Shown: positions 40,937-57,171 of the stretch, piece after piece | Layout: each line of letters begins with the position of its first letter | Position numbering within the stretch: the stretch's first letter is position 1 | NCBI RefSeq assembly: GCF_009914755.1 | Contig: NC_060936.1 | DNA from: the human T2T-CHM13v2.0 reference genome, Homo sapiens | Direction: 5' to 3' (one strand) | DNA: 64,000 nucleotides | The notes under the pieces: generated by a model | Told to the model about the DNA's origin: nothing | What the model saw: the letters and a program-made list of their open reading frames with translations, nothing else | Databases searched by the model: none | Position numbers and translations under genes: made by a program

Positions 40937-43900
40937 ACATCTTCATTTTTAATAGATTTTTCCAACTATCTGTTTGTATCTACATTATAGTATTCTTTCT
41001 TGAAATTTGAAAAGAACACAGACTTAAATATGTAGGTCTACATCAATGGTTTCAGAAACAAAGATTTTCTTCACATAGAGTTTAAGTGTCAGTGACTCAT
41101 TTTTACAATTTAAACAGCCAAAGATAGTGCAAGTCATAAGATTTGTGTTACTTTAAAAAGCTTTGAAACATCAAAATACAAAGATGTGCTATTGGAATTC
41201 CAATTTTATGTTTGGAGCTCAAAATGGAACTACTATGCCACTCATCTATGTAGGTTTTTATTCCAAGTGCCATATTTTAATAATATATAAAAAAAAAAAC
41301 AATAAAGAAACTGAGAGATGCCACAGGTTATAACGTCTCTGCTTACATGTGATAAAGGAAATCTGGTATATTCATTTGAGCATTAAGGAGGAGAAATCAA
41401 TCAGGAGTTACAAACTAAAGTGTTTTAGCCCCGCTTTGAATGAATTCACATAATAAATAATTTTAAATTAACTAACCAGACCTTATGGTAAAATATGTGG
41501 TCCACCATTTCTGTGTCTGTCTATGTCATAACTGCTTTTCAGAAAGACCCTGCCTTCTCTTCAACCCCTCATAGAGGCAACTGGTAAAGCTCCTGTCCTA
41601 TAAGGAATTTTAAGTACAAGATAGCATATCCAATTGTAAGAACAGATTTTCAAAAAGGTACAGACCTCATTACACAGGTGGTAACCCATAAGATTTCAAT
41701 TTACAGCATAATATAAGAATAGACTCTCTAACTAAAGCAAAATACTCCATAAAAATTTGTGAAACTAAAACATTAAGCAACAGCAATAGATTCCATTGCA
41801 TATAACTGAGAACACGTACACGACACGCTATTTTTTTGTTAGTTAAAAAGAACATGGCCACACGTAGTCCAAATAAAAGAAAATTAGACATTTCATGAAA
41901 GAAGCAAAGAGAAACAGAGATGCATAGCACCAAGGGAAACCATATTTACCCATTTAAAAATGGCAAACTCTTGAAAGCATATTCTAATGTGGATTAAAGT
42001 AATCCAATCTTAACACTGATAGGGTTCCTATCATAATCACTTATTTTGCATATAAACATAAAGCTAAAGTTTGTGCTTATTAGGCATCACCCTTGAATAA
42101 CACTTGATCTTGTTTCTTAGTGAGGGCAAGTCACACTCTTGTTGAAGGTTCATCTCCAACCTGAACACTTTCACACTGGAATTGCTCTGCTATAGTACTT
42201 CCAATTACTCAGGAAACCTCACCCAATAAATTGTTTTCTCCATTGGCCTGAACGTTCAGTCAAAGAATATTAAGAGCCATAATTTACTTAGCACTGTTTT
42301 AGGATTATATTTTTATTTATACGATTTATATACTTTTTCCTTGTTTTGGGTACATATTTATGTTGAACCAGAATTATCTTTTTAAGAGTAAGAACCATTT
42401 TTGAAAGTTACATCCTTTTTAATTTTTTTTGTCCACATAATAAAATGTTTAGCAAATAGAGGAAACTAAAGAACTGTGGTTAACAGCAAGCTTCTTCTCA
42501 TTTACATGGTAGTTGAATTAATTTTGAGAATTATTTCTCTTTATTTCCCTCCTAATGATATAAAATATAAAATGAACCTTGACAGTTGGCTCAGGCATTG
42601 GAGTCTTCTCCATAGAGGTGTATAAATTTTCTTCACTTATTTTTGATATCTAATTCTACAGCTTACCTCACCATTCTTGATATGATTTCTTGAAACGAAA
42701 TGATTCCACTGATTTTTCTCTTACCTCACAATACCTTCTCGGTCTTTTGGGGGATACTCTATCAAATGTTGCTTAAATATTGTTTTTATCCATTTTCTGG
42801 ACTTTTTTCCTTCTCTCTCCAGTTTTCCCCTAGATGGTCAAAACTACACCAAATACTTATCTTTAGATACATCCTAAAGTCCAGACTCACTTTTTTTTTT
42901 TGTCTACAGAAGGAGGATCATACAAAGCCTTCTCAAACTCAAGGATGTGCTTAATGAAACCATTATTTATCTTTCTCTTCCTCAGAACATGCCGTTTTAT
43001 CAACATTTCAATATATCAAATGTCTACTGTTATGGTATCAATGTTCATCTTGTTTCCTAAAATAAAATTTTGGAAGATTTCTCCTCCCATGTGATGTTCC
43101 TCTTAAACATTTGTGAGAGACTTTGCCCTCTTCTTCCCCTTGACCTGTACTACCCTAACTGAGAAGCTAGTTACCTCTCCTAACTACTTAGTTAGGCTTC
43201 TTATAGGTTACTTTGACTTCAGGCACATCCCAGGCACACCCCACCCCCCGCCACCACTAGCTAATGATTCCTACAGCTGACTGCAAAAATGAGTTCTCTC
43301 GTTTTACAATCTGAACTTTCTTTGCTTATAATCCTTCTATTATTTCTCAGTAGCTAGAGAATAAAATCTCAATTTCCCATACTTAGACAAAACTTTCTGT
43401 GATCTAATCTCTCCAGGTACCAACTAATGTCCTACTTGTAACTTACCCACAGCCACCATGGACTGACAAAAAATGATACCATTTTCTGTACTTGTAGCTT
43501 TGCTCACGAAGTTTTTGTAGCCTAGAAATTTCACCACTCTTCTGTCCAGCATTTCTCCTTTACTTCTAAACTTCAGTTCCTTTGTAACATTTCCCTTGAC
43601 TCACCAAGGCACATTTTATCATGCCTTGCTTGGGCCCTATGGTATTCTCATCACATAAACATTGCCACTTTTTTCGCTCACTTGCAGTCATTTGTATACA
43701 TGCATACATACCACACTAAGCTATGTGTTTTTATGATAGTATCTTCAACACCTAATATCACCTCAATTAATAATTGGCACTAAATAAGTGATGAGCAAGT
43801 ACAGAGATCAGTGTTGTTGATTACAGAAGAAGCCAAGGAACTCAATGTTTGTAAAACTGGCCATTAATAAGAATAAAAACACATTTTTACTTTGCTTATG

Positions 43901-44503
43901 CTTAAAATACATGCTTAAAATACCTTACAAGAAAATTCCAACCAACGAGATTTTTTGGCAATTGAAATATACAGATGTTTATGAGTATAAAAGTTAATCG
44001 AATGAAAATCTTTACAAAGAGGGTATTATCAAACATCAACTATCAGAGAAAATTAGATTTTAATTAAAATTACATTTCAATTACTGATAACATTCTTAAT
44101 AAATTATCTTTATAGTAGTCAATTTTAAGAGGACAATCTCAAAAAAAAAATTCCAGGCTATCCCAGAAATAACTAATTTCACTGGAATATTTTCCAGAAA
44201 CTGTATGGGGTATAACATAGATTTCTATAGTAGTGGCATGTTTCATGGCAAACCCTGGGCCCTGTCTTAATCTTGATAACATAAATTATAGAACTAAGTA
44301 CAAAAATGCTTAAGTAAAAAGGAACATTTAATAATATTACTTTATGGTTTAGTAGCCCCAATCTTGGAAAGCGCAGAAGTTTAGAAATAAAACAGCTTAA
44401 TCTTTAAAAAGAAAGCAAGCCTAAAATGTGCATGAAATCATTCAGCCTCTAGGAAAAAAATTAAAGTATAAAATCATCATGAGTAATTTTTAATTCAGCA
44501 AAG

Positions 44504-44592
44504 TGTTGATTCTACCATATCAAAAATATGTTTACATATTCTACTATATTCTACCATATGTTGATTCTACCATATCAAAAATATGTTTACAT
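44504..44592. repeat. 34-bp direct duplication with partial copies between
   Basis: tgttgattctaccatatcaaaaatatgtttacat at 44504-44537 and 44559-44592. Confidence 0.9.
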
Positions 44593-44692
44593 TTTTTTTG
44601 TAAACAATGTAAGAAGTTAAATAATAAGCCATGTAAATGCAATTCAAAAAGATCCAGTCAGCCTTAATCCCAACACATCCTATACCTGTCAC

Positions 44693-44870
44693 CTGGTCAG
44701 GTGTTTTCTCTTATGCCTGTTACATGGCTATCTCGATCTGGTCATGTGTGTTCATGCCAAATGCCTATCTTACGGCCCAGTGCCTGAGCAACATTTCCAA
44801 ATTATCACAGTTCTTGCCAACAGAGGCTGCCTGACATCCCTTTCCCCACCGACCTACATAGGAGCAGCCC
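44693..44870 (-). pseudogene. TLL1: TLL1 pseudo-exon (astacin zinc-binding exon)
   Basis: GCSYVGRWGKGCQAASVGKNCD, 1-nt deletion, [34 protein letters not shown] versus recalled TLL1 [59 protein letters not shown]. Donor CCAG|gtgaca intact, acceptor reads TG. Confidence 0.9.
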
Positions 44871-45176
44871 CAGGAATAAAATAGAAAGTGGAGATGGTGG
44901 TGGAAAGGTGAAGCTGGATGACTTACAATATGGTGAAATGTTTGTACAGAATTGTGATGAACCATAACGTCCAACACAGTCAGAGGCAGAACAGCTTTTT
45001 ATTAATGAGTGTGGCTAATTTCTAGTATCCTTTCAAATTTATGTATAATAAAATTTCCAAATAATGAGTTCAAATGCTTTTGTAATTATCTATACATTAG
45101 AAACTTTGCTTTAAATCATTTTAGAAGTATTTAGAAGATACATCAGAAAATAAAATACTTATCATGATGATGATTT

Positions 45177-45177
45177 T

Positions 45178-45213
<36 letters not shown>

Positions 45214-45490
45214 AGATGGAGTCTCACTCTGTCACCCAGGCTGGAGTACAGTGGCGCCATCTCGGCTCACTGCTAACTCTGCCTCCCAGGTTCAAGCGAT
45301 TCTCCTGCCTGTCTCCTGAGTAGCTGGGACTACAGGCGCACGCCACCACGCCTGGCTAATTTTTGTATTTTTAGCAGAGACCGGGTTTCACCGTGTTGTC
45401 CAGGATGGTCTCGATCTCCTGACCTCGTGATCCACCTGCCTTGGCCTCCCAAAGTGCTGGGATTACAGGCGTGAGCCACTGCACCCGGCC
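45177..45490 (-). mobile_element. AluSc/Y-type SINE with long T-tail
   Basis: Full antisense Alu with TSD tgatgatgatt. Confidence 0.9.
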
Positions 45491-45819
45491 CGTGATGATG
45501 ATTAATGTTCTATTATACATATAGTTAAGTTGAAGACATCAATGCACATTTATTTCTAATATAATTTTATCCTCACGATTCATGTTAATAACTTAGGTAG
45601 CTACTTTGTTAATATGGTTGTCTGGCAGTAAATCAATGTTATTTCAGTATTAAATACAAAAATAAGGAAAGTTTATTTTCCCTCTTTGAGAAAAACAGAA
45701 TTAAATTTATACATGAAAGGTGTTAGTTAATCAATAAAGGATTTTCCTACTCATGGAAGAGTTGTCTTTTATAAAAGAAGAAAACTTTTAAAAGAAGTTA
45801 ATTGAAAAAAAATAATTTT

Positions 45820-46124
45820 GGCCAAGTGCAGTGGCTCATGCCTGCAATCCCAGCCATCAGTTTGGGAAGCTGAGGCAGGATGGTTGCTTGAGGTCAGGAG
45901 TTTGAGACCAGCCTGGGCAACATAGCAAGACCCCATCTCTACAGAAAATTTTTTTAATTAGCTGGGCATGGTGACACATGCCTGTACTCCTAGGTACTTG
46001 GAAGACTGAGGTGGAAGGATTACTTGAGCCTGGGAATTTGGGGCTTTAGTGACCTAGGATCATGCCTGTGCACTCCAGCCTGGGCAGCAGATCTAGATGC
46101 TGTCTCTAAAAAGGACAAAAAAAG
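45820..46124 (+). mobile_element. AluJ-type SINE
   Basis: Diverged dimer 'ggatggttgcttgaggtcaggag...ggattacttgagcctggg'. Confidence 0.85.
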
Positions 46125-46171
46125 AAAATTATTTTCAAAAGGCGAATTATCTAAGGTTAATGGTTAACTGG

Positions 46172-46528
46172 TGCTAGAGACTGAACGTTTATATCCCCTA
46201 AAAATTTGTATGTTGAAATTCAACCCCCAAGGTAATGGTATTTGAAGGTGGAGCCTTTAAAAGTCGATTAAGTCAAGAGGGTTCTGCCTTTACACGGGGA
46301 CCAATGCCTTTATAAAAGAGACCCCAGAGAATGCCCTCACCCTCTTCTACCATGTGAGAACATAGCAAGAACACACCTCACATCTGTGTATGCACCAGAG
46401 TGGGCCCTCACCAGACACCAAATCTGCAGCACCCCCAGCCTCCAGAACTGTGAGAAACAAATGTTTGTTGTTTAAAAGCCACCTAGTCTATGATATTCTG
46501 TTATAACTACTTGAACAGGCTAAGACAA
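46172..46528 (+). mobile_element. MLT1A-type MaLR LTR
   Basis: 'tgctagagactgaacgttt...' to '...gaacaggctaagaca', 5-bp TSD actgg. Confidence 0.8.
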
Positions 46529-46622
46529 CTGGTAAAGAAAAATAGACAACAGTAGTAGTGCAAGGAATGAAGAGATTGATGTGATTTGTGTCCAAGAGTC
46601 AGTCTAATAATTACATGTGATT

Positions 46623-46789
46623 TTTTTCTTTTTTTTTATCATTATACTTTAAGTTTTAGGGTACATGTGCACGATGTGCAGGTTAGTTACATATGTATAC
46701 CTGTGCCATGCTGGTGTGCTGCACCCATTAACTCGTCATTTAGCATTAGGTATATCTTCTAATGCTGTCCCTCCCCCTCCCCCCACCCC
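46623..46789 (-). mobile_element. Very short young L1PA 3' end
   Basis: 'ttatactttaagttttagggtacatgtgcac...cattaactcgtcatttagc'. TSD tacatgtgatt at 46612 and 46790. Confidence 0.9.
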
Positions 46790-49700
46790 TACATGTGATT
46801 CTTTTATTTTACCTCCTGAGAGAGTCTTCTGGCCTGTCAAACAGAATGTGAAATATCCACGGAATATCTTTCTGCAAATTTTCATCAGTTGATTGATATT
46901 TCTACATATCTGATGATGTTTTTCTATCCAAAATATAGAAGTTCCATCTAGTCACTGTATGTGTGTGCACATATGTGTGTGTGTGTGACAGTCCAGAATA
47001 TTCTTGGACACACATGGAAAAGGGTAACCACACATGACACCCACTTTAAAATAAATTTTAAGTGGAATAATATTATGGTAGCTATAATTATAAATAAAAT
47101 TATATTTAAACCTTTAATAATTAGTGTTTAAATTAAAATAGCTGATCAATAGGACAGCAATAGAGGGCACTAAATAATTGGTCTTGAATAACTGGGAATC
47201 ATCTTATACCAAACACTGCCAAACATCTTTTCTGACTTATTAAATTGAAAGAGAAAATTGCCAAAACTTAATTGCCCAAATGATTAAAAGGAATTTCACT
47301 ATTTCAATTTCCGGGGTAAGTACATGTAACCACCCTTTTGATTTTCCACAAATATAAATCCTTTTCTCCCACCCTTTTTTCATTTTCAAATGGTTTCTAT
47401 AGGCTTTAATTGTAACCCATACTATGCCAGCTAAATGAACTAATTTGTTCTCATTATTTATAAATCTATTGATTTATAATTTATAAATCTATTGAGAACA
47501 GTTAATTAAGTTTAATAAATCAGTAATGGAAAGATTAAAGAGGTAACTGCTGTTGGAGAGATGAGTCGGTAAACTGTGTTTTTGCCCCCAGATAGTTTTT
47601 CTTTTTCAAATAATACGTTTTAATCCATATATAGATACTTATTACATACTTAGTTAGTTATTGCATTCACAAAAAAAGTATTAGATGCCAGAAAAACACA
47701 AAAGTGGCAAATTTTGGAGAGATTTAACCTGACATACTTGCTACATTGTAGCAATAGTGATGAAATTGAAATATCTGATGATTGTATAATTACCCACATT
47801 GAGTCATTCTTGCTGGTTACATTCTCAGAATAAAATACTTTGCAAGTCAAAATGTAGGAGACAGCACAGCAATGTGGTCAATTTATTTCATCTAAATCAG
47901 CCTTTTTGGCATAATTGCACCAATAGCAATTTCCTATAGGACGGGGTTTCACAATGGAAAGGAAAAATAAACTTCTCACTGCCTTATTCATAGAGCTATT
48001 ATTGTTATTTGTTTGTCCTGTGAATGAACAGAAAATGTGGTGTTTTGATCCCTGACTAATTAAAGGTCTTGGAGACAGATTAATTCTAAACTCTCAAAAA
48101 AAAAAAAACTAAATGTATGCTTAGATAAATATTAGTCATGGAACAACAGGCTAATGTGTAATTTATAAAAATGTTATTTAAACATGTGTAAATATTATCT
48201 TAGTTTCTAATGTCATCTAGGTTTGATGCCATTCTTTTATATATGGCTCTTGGACTTTTGTTTCTAATTTGTGTGTCACTTTTAAAGTTTGGCCATCATA
48301 AGATCAACCTGAACTCCCAAGAAAAACTTTCACCACCTGTAGAAAAGCCTCGAATATCTTTAAGTCATGCAGGGTAATCAAGTAAATCCGAATCTGCCAT
48401 TCCCTACTTTTGCCTTGGGCTGGTAGAGCAAAACACCTTTTTTAATAAGTTTAGAAAACATATTCCTTTCAATTAATAATGTTCATGGCTTGGCATGGTA
48501 GTTCAATCCCTCTAACAATCCTGTCGACATTTTGGCTATGATTGGTTATATCGAATCTAAGATCAATGTAGGGATAGTTAACATCTTTACTATACTAAAT
48601 TTTCTAATCTAAGAACATGATACATCTTATTCATTTAGGTGTTGTGGTTTTTGTGAAGACCTCCATCACACATTTTGTTAGATTTATTCCTTGGTATTTG
48701 ATTTCTGTTTTTGATGGTTTTGCCTATGGTATCATTTTAAATTTTTAAATGTATGTTTGTTCCAACTGTACAACAATGCAATTGTTATTTCTATATTGGC
48801 CTTATATAAGTAACTTTGCTAAAATGATTTATTAATTCTAAAAACTTATCCTTTGGGTTTTCTATGTATACTATCAGCATCTACAAATGATGACAGTTTT
48901 AGTTCTTTGTATTTTAACTTGCTGGTTAAAAAGACTGAATTAATGAACATTAGAAAGTTTTCTCTCAATTAATACAAGGACCTCAGATCACTCCCCCGCA
49001 TGCCTTATTACTGTTATTCTCATGTAATATTTTATTTCCACTTGTATCATAGAGCAAGAGGTTTTTAATTTTAATGAAGTTCGACTTCTCAATTTTTCCC
49101 TTTATGGATTGTACTTTTCTGTTAGGTCTAACTAAAAACTCGTTACCCCGCCCTAGACTCCAGATATTCTTTTCTGGTTTTTTTTTCTAAAATTTTTTAC
49201 AGTTTTACATTTTACATTTGAGTCTATGACCCATCTCGAGTTAATTTTATATAAGGCACAAGATTTAGGTGGAGATTTATTTTTTCCTATGGATGTCAAA
49301 TTGCTCTCACCGTTATTGAAATGGCTTCCATCAAATTGCATTTGTACCTTTGTCAAAAAATAAATTGAGCATATTTATATCAGTCTATTTCTGGGTTCTC
49401 TATCCTGTTCCATTGATCTACACATCTGCCTCTCCATCAATACTACACAGCTTTGATTACTGTAGTTATTTATTAAGCCATCATATTCGATAGAATGCTG
49501 CTTCTTACTTTATTTTTGTTTGTTAAATTATTTTAGTTATTCTAGGGCCTGTGACTTTCATATAAATTTTATAGTAAGCTTGCTTTTGTCTATAAAAAAT
49601 CTATAAATCAATTTGGGGAGAATGGACATCTTCACTACGGCAAGTTTTCCCATTCATGAACACAGTACGTTTATTTTTGCCTTTGATTTCTTTATAAGCA

Positions 49701-50826
49701 TTTTGTAATTTTCAGCATACAGGTCTTGTACATGTTTTAAGTCTATATTAAGTATTTCATTTTCTTTGGAGAGATTGTAAATGATACAGAATTTTAACTT
49801 TTGGTTTCCACTTGTTCATTGTTAGTATATAAATTATGTGACTGATTTTTGCTGTGTATTGATCTATATCCTGAGACATTGCTGAACTCACTTCTTGGTT
49901 CTGGTTTTTTTTTTTTTTTTTTTTTGTAGATTCTTTAGAATTTTCTATGTAGATAATCATATTATATTCAGGCAGGGATTGGTTACTTCTTCCTTTTCAA
50001 CTGGATTTTTTTTCTTTCCTTATCACAGTGGCTAGAACTTCCAGTACTATGTGAATAAGGTGGAATAAGTACTAAGAGTGGACATCTCTACCTTGTTCCT
50101 AATATTAGGGGGGAAATGGTCTTTCACTCTGAAGTATGATCTTGGCTGTATGCCTTTAAGATGCTCTTTACGAAGTTCATGCAGTTCCCTTCTATTTCTA
50201 ACATTCTTAGAGTTAAAAAAATATTATTGAGAATAGTATTGGATTTTGTCAAATATTTTTCCTGCATCAGTTGATGTGATCACGTGAGTTTTCTTCTTTA
50301 AATTGTTGTTATGCTTGGTTATATTACGTATCTGGAATAAATCCCACTGGGTAAAGTTGTTGGAATTGATTTGCTAATAATCAGTAGAGGTTATTCGTGT
50401 CCAAGTTTATAAGAGATATTCATCTGTGGTTTTCTTTTAGTATAGTGGCGATGTTTGGCTTGATAAACTAATACTGTCCTTCATAAAATGAGTTGGGAAG
50501 TGTTTCCTCTTCTATTTTCTGGAAGAGATTGTTTAAAATTGGAGTTATTCCTTCTTTAACTGCTTAGAAGAATTTCCCAGTGAGACTAACTGGGCATGAG
50601 GATTCTTGTTCAGGAGATTTTACATTAGGAATTTCAATTTCGGTTTTGTTAAGAGTTGTAGGATTTTGTTAATAGTTGTAGTATACCAACATCTAAAGAA
50701 GAATACTCACGTGATCACATCGATTTATGCAGGAAAAGCGTTTGACAAAATCCAAATCCTTGTCAAACTGGTCGTATTTGCTTTCCATGGGATCTGTCCT
50801 CATTTGTCAAATGAGACGTCCCCCAT

Positions 50827-51135
<309 letters not shown>

Positions 51136-52823
51136 GACTTCCCCCATTTCTGAGCCGTGCATTCGGTGCTGTGCGTGTCCCTTTCAGCACTGCTTCCGGC
51201 GCATCCCACATATTTTGATAAGTTGTATGCTCACTTTCTTTCTGTTCTACGTATTCTTAAACTTTATTTAGAAACTGTCCTTGGTTCGTTTATTCTGAAT
51301 TGTTGAGTTTATGAGCAGAAAGTTGGACATAGCACTCTTTTAGTATCTTTTTAATAACTGCATGATTTTTTGTAATTTTACTGTTTCGTTCCTTTTATTG
51401 GTGATGTGTCTTTGTCTTTTTATCCATAGAAGTCTTGCTGGAAGATTATCAATTTTACTGATATTTTTTGAAGAACCAGATTTGAAATTTATTAGTGTCC
51501 TCCGTTGCTTTCATGTTTTCAATTTCATTGATTGCTGCTCTTATCTTTCTTATTTCTTTCCTTCTCTTTGATTTGGGTTTATTTCATTCTTTTTTTTTCT
51601 CTAGTTTCTTATATTACTGATTTGAGACTTCTCCTCATTTTGAATGTAAGCATTTAGTGTCATAAGTTTCCTTTTCAGCATTGCTTTAGCTTTATCTCAC
51701 ATATTTTGGTAAGTTGTATTTCCACTTTCATTAAGTTCTATGTATGTTCTAATTTTACTTTGAGACTTCTTTGACCCATGGGTTATTTATAATTGGGTTG
51801 GTTGATTTGCACATATTTAGAGATTTTCCTGTTGTCTTTATGTTATTGATGTCAGGTTTGATTACCTTCTGGTTAGAGAAGACAATCTATACGATATCTA
51901 TTACTTCATTTAGTTATGGTTTGTTTTATGATCCTGGACATTGTATATTTTGTGACTGTTTCATGGACACTTGTAAACAATGTGTATGCTGCTGTTGGGT
52001 GGAGCATTCTGCAGAGATCAGCCAGGTCTTGTTGATTGCCAGCACTGTTGAGGTCTACTGTATCCTTGTTAATATTCTGTCTAGTATTTCTAACAGTTGC
52101 TGAGAGGGAGGTGTTGGAGTCACCAACCATAATTGTGGATGTAGCTGTTTCTTCTTTCACCCCTATCAGTTTTTGCTTTGTATTTTTGAAGCACTGTTTT
52201 TGATGCATACACATTTAGAATTGTTATGACTTTCTGCTGGATTGAGTTTTTCATCACTATGAAATGTTGGGTTTTGTCTGTACTAAGTCTCTTTGCTCTG
52301 AAGTCTATTTTATTGGAAAATATAGCCACTCCTAACTACTTTCTTTAAATTAATTTTTCATGGTAATTTTTTTCATCCTTTCACTTTCAACCTACCTAGG
52401 TTATTGAATCTGAAATGAGCTCCTTGTACTCAATATATAGTTGAAGTGTGAGTGTGTGTGTGTCTCTGTGTGTGCTTTAACCTACTCCTCCCATCTCTGT
52501 CTTCGTGTTTGTGTATTTAGAGCATTTACATTTAAGGTAATCATCGATATGTTCGAGCTTAAGCCTCCCATTTTGTCATTTGTTTTCTGCTTGTTTCCTT
52601 GGGTTTTCATTCTGGTTTCTCTTTTCTTGTCTTCCTTTGAGTTACTTGAGTAAACTTCAGCATTTCATTTTGGTTTATTGATAATCTTTTTGAGTGTGTT
52701 TCTTTGTACCATTTTTATTTTGATTGCACTGGATATTTCAAGCATACATATGTGACTTATTGCAGTCTGCTGGTATCAGTGTTTTGCTATTTTAAGTGAA
52801 ATGTAGGAATCTTTACCTTCCAT

Positions 52824-53093
52824 GAGGGGAACATCACACACCGGGGACTGTTGTGGGGTGGGGAGAAGGGGGAGGGATAGCATTAGGAGATATAGCTAAT
52901 GCTAAATGACGAGTTAATGGGTGCAGCACACCAACATGGCACATGTATACATATGTAACAAACCTGCCTGTTTTGCACATGTACCCTAAAACTTAAAGTA
53001 TAATAATAATAATAAAAAGACAAGTAAATAGCAAATACCAATTGATTGAATGTCTGTAAATAAATAAATAAGCACATTAAAAAAAAAAGAAAC
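52824..53093 (+). mobile_element. Short L1PA 3' end with about 60-nt 3' transduction
   Basis: L1PA 3'UTR to the first A-tail (about 53018), unique 53019-53078, second poly(A). TSD ctttaccttccatga at 52811 and 53094. Confidence 0.85.
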
Positions 53094-53185
53094 CTTTACC
53101 TTCCATGATTTTTTATATTACTGTCTTGAGCACCAGATAATGTTATAATTTTGGCTTTGACCTTCAAATATTTTTATAAACCTCA

Positions 53186-55352
<2,167 letters not shown>

Positions 55353-55467
55353 CAAGGAGTACTCTTAACGAATCACACACAGAAGATACTCAATCAATAT
55401 TATAGCCTGAATAAATAAAACAGTGCCACTGAGGACATCAAGGGTCTGGAGTACTCTCAGATAACTG

Positions 55468-55912
55468 GTGTATTAGTTAGATATTGCTCTGTAGCAAACC
55501 ACTTTGGAACTTAGGGGCTTAAAACAGTAACCTTTTATTATTTCTCAGGAGTCTGCAGGGCGGTGGGGCAGTTCTGCTGCTCTGGGCTGGATGTGACCAA
55601 TCATGGCTGGCTCATGGGTGATCAGCTGATGGGTTGGCTGAGCCTGGCTCATCTTGGATGGTTTCAGCTCTCCTCCACATGTCCCTCACATCCCTCCAGT
55701 GGGCTAAGTTGGGCCTGTTCTTCATAGTAGTGATGGAGGTCCAGGAAACAAGTGAAAATGAACTTAGGCTTTTCCCAACCTCTGCTCCTGTCCCATTGGC
55801 CAAAGCAAGTCATGGCACCTAGCACAGCATCATTTTGGGAGGGCCCTACCTAAGTGACTGTTGACAAGGATGCATTAAAAATTGGGCTTATTTCTGCAAT
55901 TGATCTGCCATA
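55468..55912 (-). mobile_element. MLT1 (F/H-like) MaLR LTR
   Basis: 'gaacttaggggcttaaaacagtaa...tttattatttctca', 'cccattggccaaagcaagtcatgg'. Confidence 0.65.
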
Positions 55913-56756
55913 ATTGGCAACCATGCAGATAAGTATCTTGGGACAATTCAACCAAATGACAGATGTAAGATAATTAAATTTCTGGATGTCTCCTCAATAC
56001 TGTTGATTTTTTAACCAGTTTTTGGATTATTTGCCTTATCTCACCCAATTTGGCATGGCTATCAACATATGGGATAAAATGCATTCTTCTGTGTCTCTGA
56101 AGATATGTAGGAGATCTAAGCTTTCAAGATGAAAAGAAAAGAAATTGGACCACTATACCACAGTCCACAAAAATCAATTTCAGGTGTATTAGAGACCTAA
56201 ATATAAAAGACAAAATTCCAAAGCTTTCAGAATTAAATATACTAGGATATCTTAATATCCTTAGGGTAGAAAAAAGCCTTTAAGAAGACACAAAACATAC
56301 TACCCATATAGAAAAGCAATTTAAAAATATAACCATATCAAAATGTAGAATTTCTGTTAATCAAAAGTTACCTCAAATGAACATTTTTAAAAGCCACAAT
56401 ATGGGATAAAATGTTTGCAGCACATGTAATCAATGAGTGACTAGAACTAGGATACATAAGGAAATTCTGTAAATAGTGGTGGGCTGGAAAATGTTTAATA
56501 ATGGCTCTCAAAACCCAAAAAAGTCCTAATTTTTAGCATTTGCTTATTTCCAAGATATAAGTACTTTCATGTGGCCAATTTCAAGTAACCAACATGAGGC
56601 CACCAAGTAGGAACTTGGGAACAGGTGGTTGTGGTTGGTTCTCATGAAGTTGGCTCTCCTGCCCCTAGTATGATGGCTCCAACAAAAAGTCAACAGGAAA
56701 AGAAAAACAACCTGGTGAGGAAATGTGGGAAACACTCCTGAAGACTTTTGAGGGCT

Positions 56757-57171
56757 GTCTTATCTGTGCTGCTATAAAGGAGCACCCGAGGCTGGGTGAT
56801 TTATAAAGAAAGGAGGTTTGGGCTCATGTTTCTGCAGGCTGCACAAAAAGCATGGAACCCGCATCTGCTTCTGGTGAGGACTCAGGCTGCTTCCACTCAT
56901 GGCAGAAGGTGAGAGGGGGGCTGGTGTGTGCAGATAACATGATGAGAGAGGAAGCAAGAGAAAAGTAATGAGTGCCAGGTTCTTCTTAACAACCAGCTCT
57001 TGGGGAAACTTACAGAGTGAGAACTCATTCACTCCCCTCCTTCACAGGGAGGGCATTCATCTATTCACAAGGGACCCACCCCCATTACCCAAACACCTCT
57101 CACTAGGCCCCACTTGTGACATTGGGGATCAAATTCCAACATGAGCTTTGGGGGACATTCAAACTATAGCA
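56757..57171 (-). mobile_element. MSTB-like MaLR LTR
   Basis: 'gctgctataaagg...gcatctgcttctggtgaggactcagg...cattggggatcaaattccaacatgag...caaactatagca'. Confidence 0.8.
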
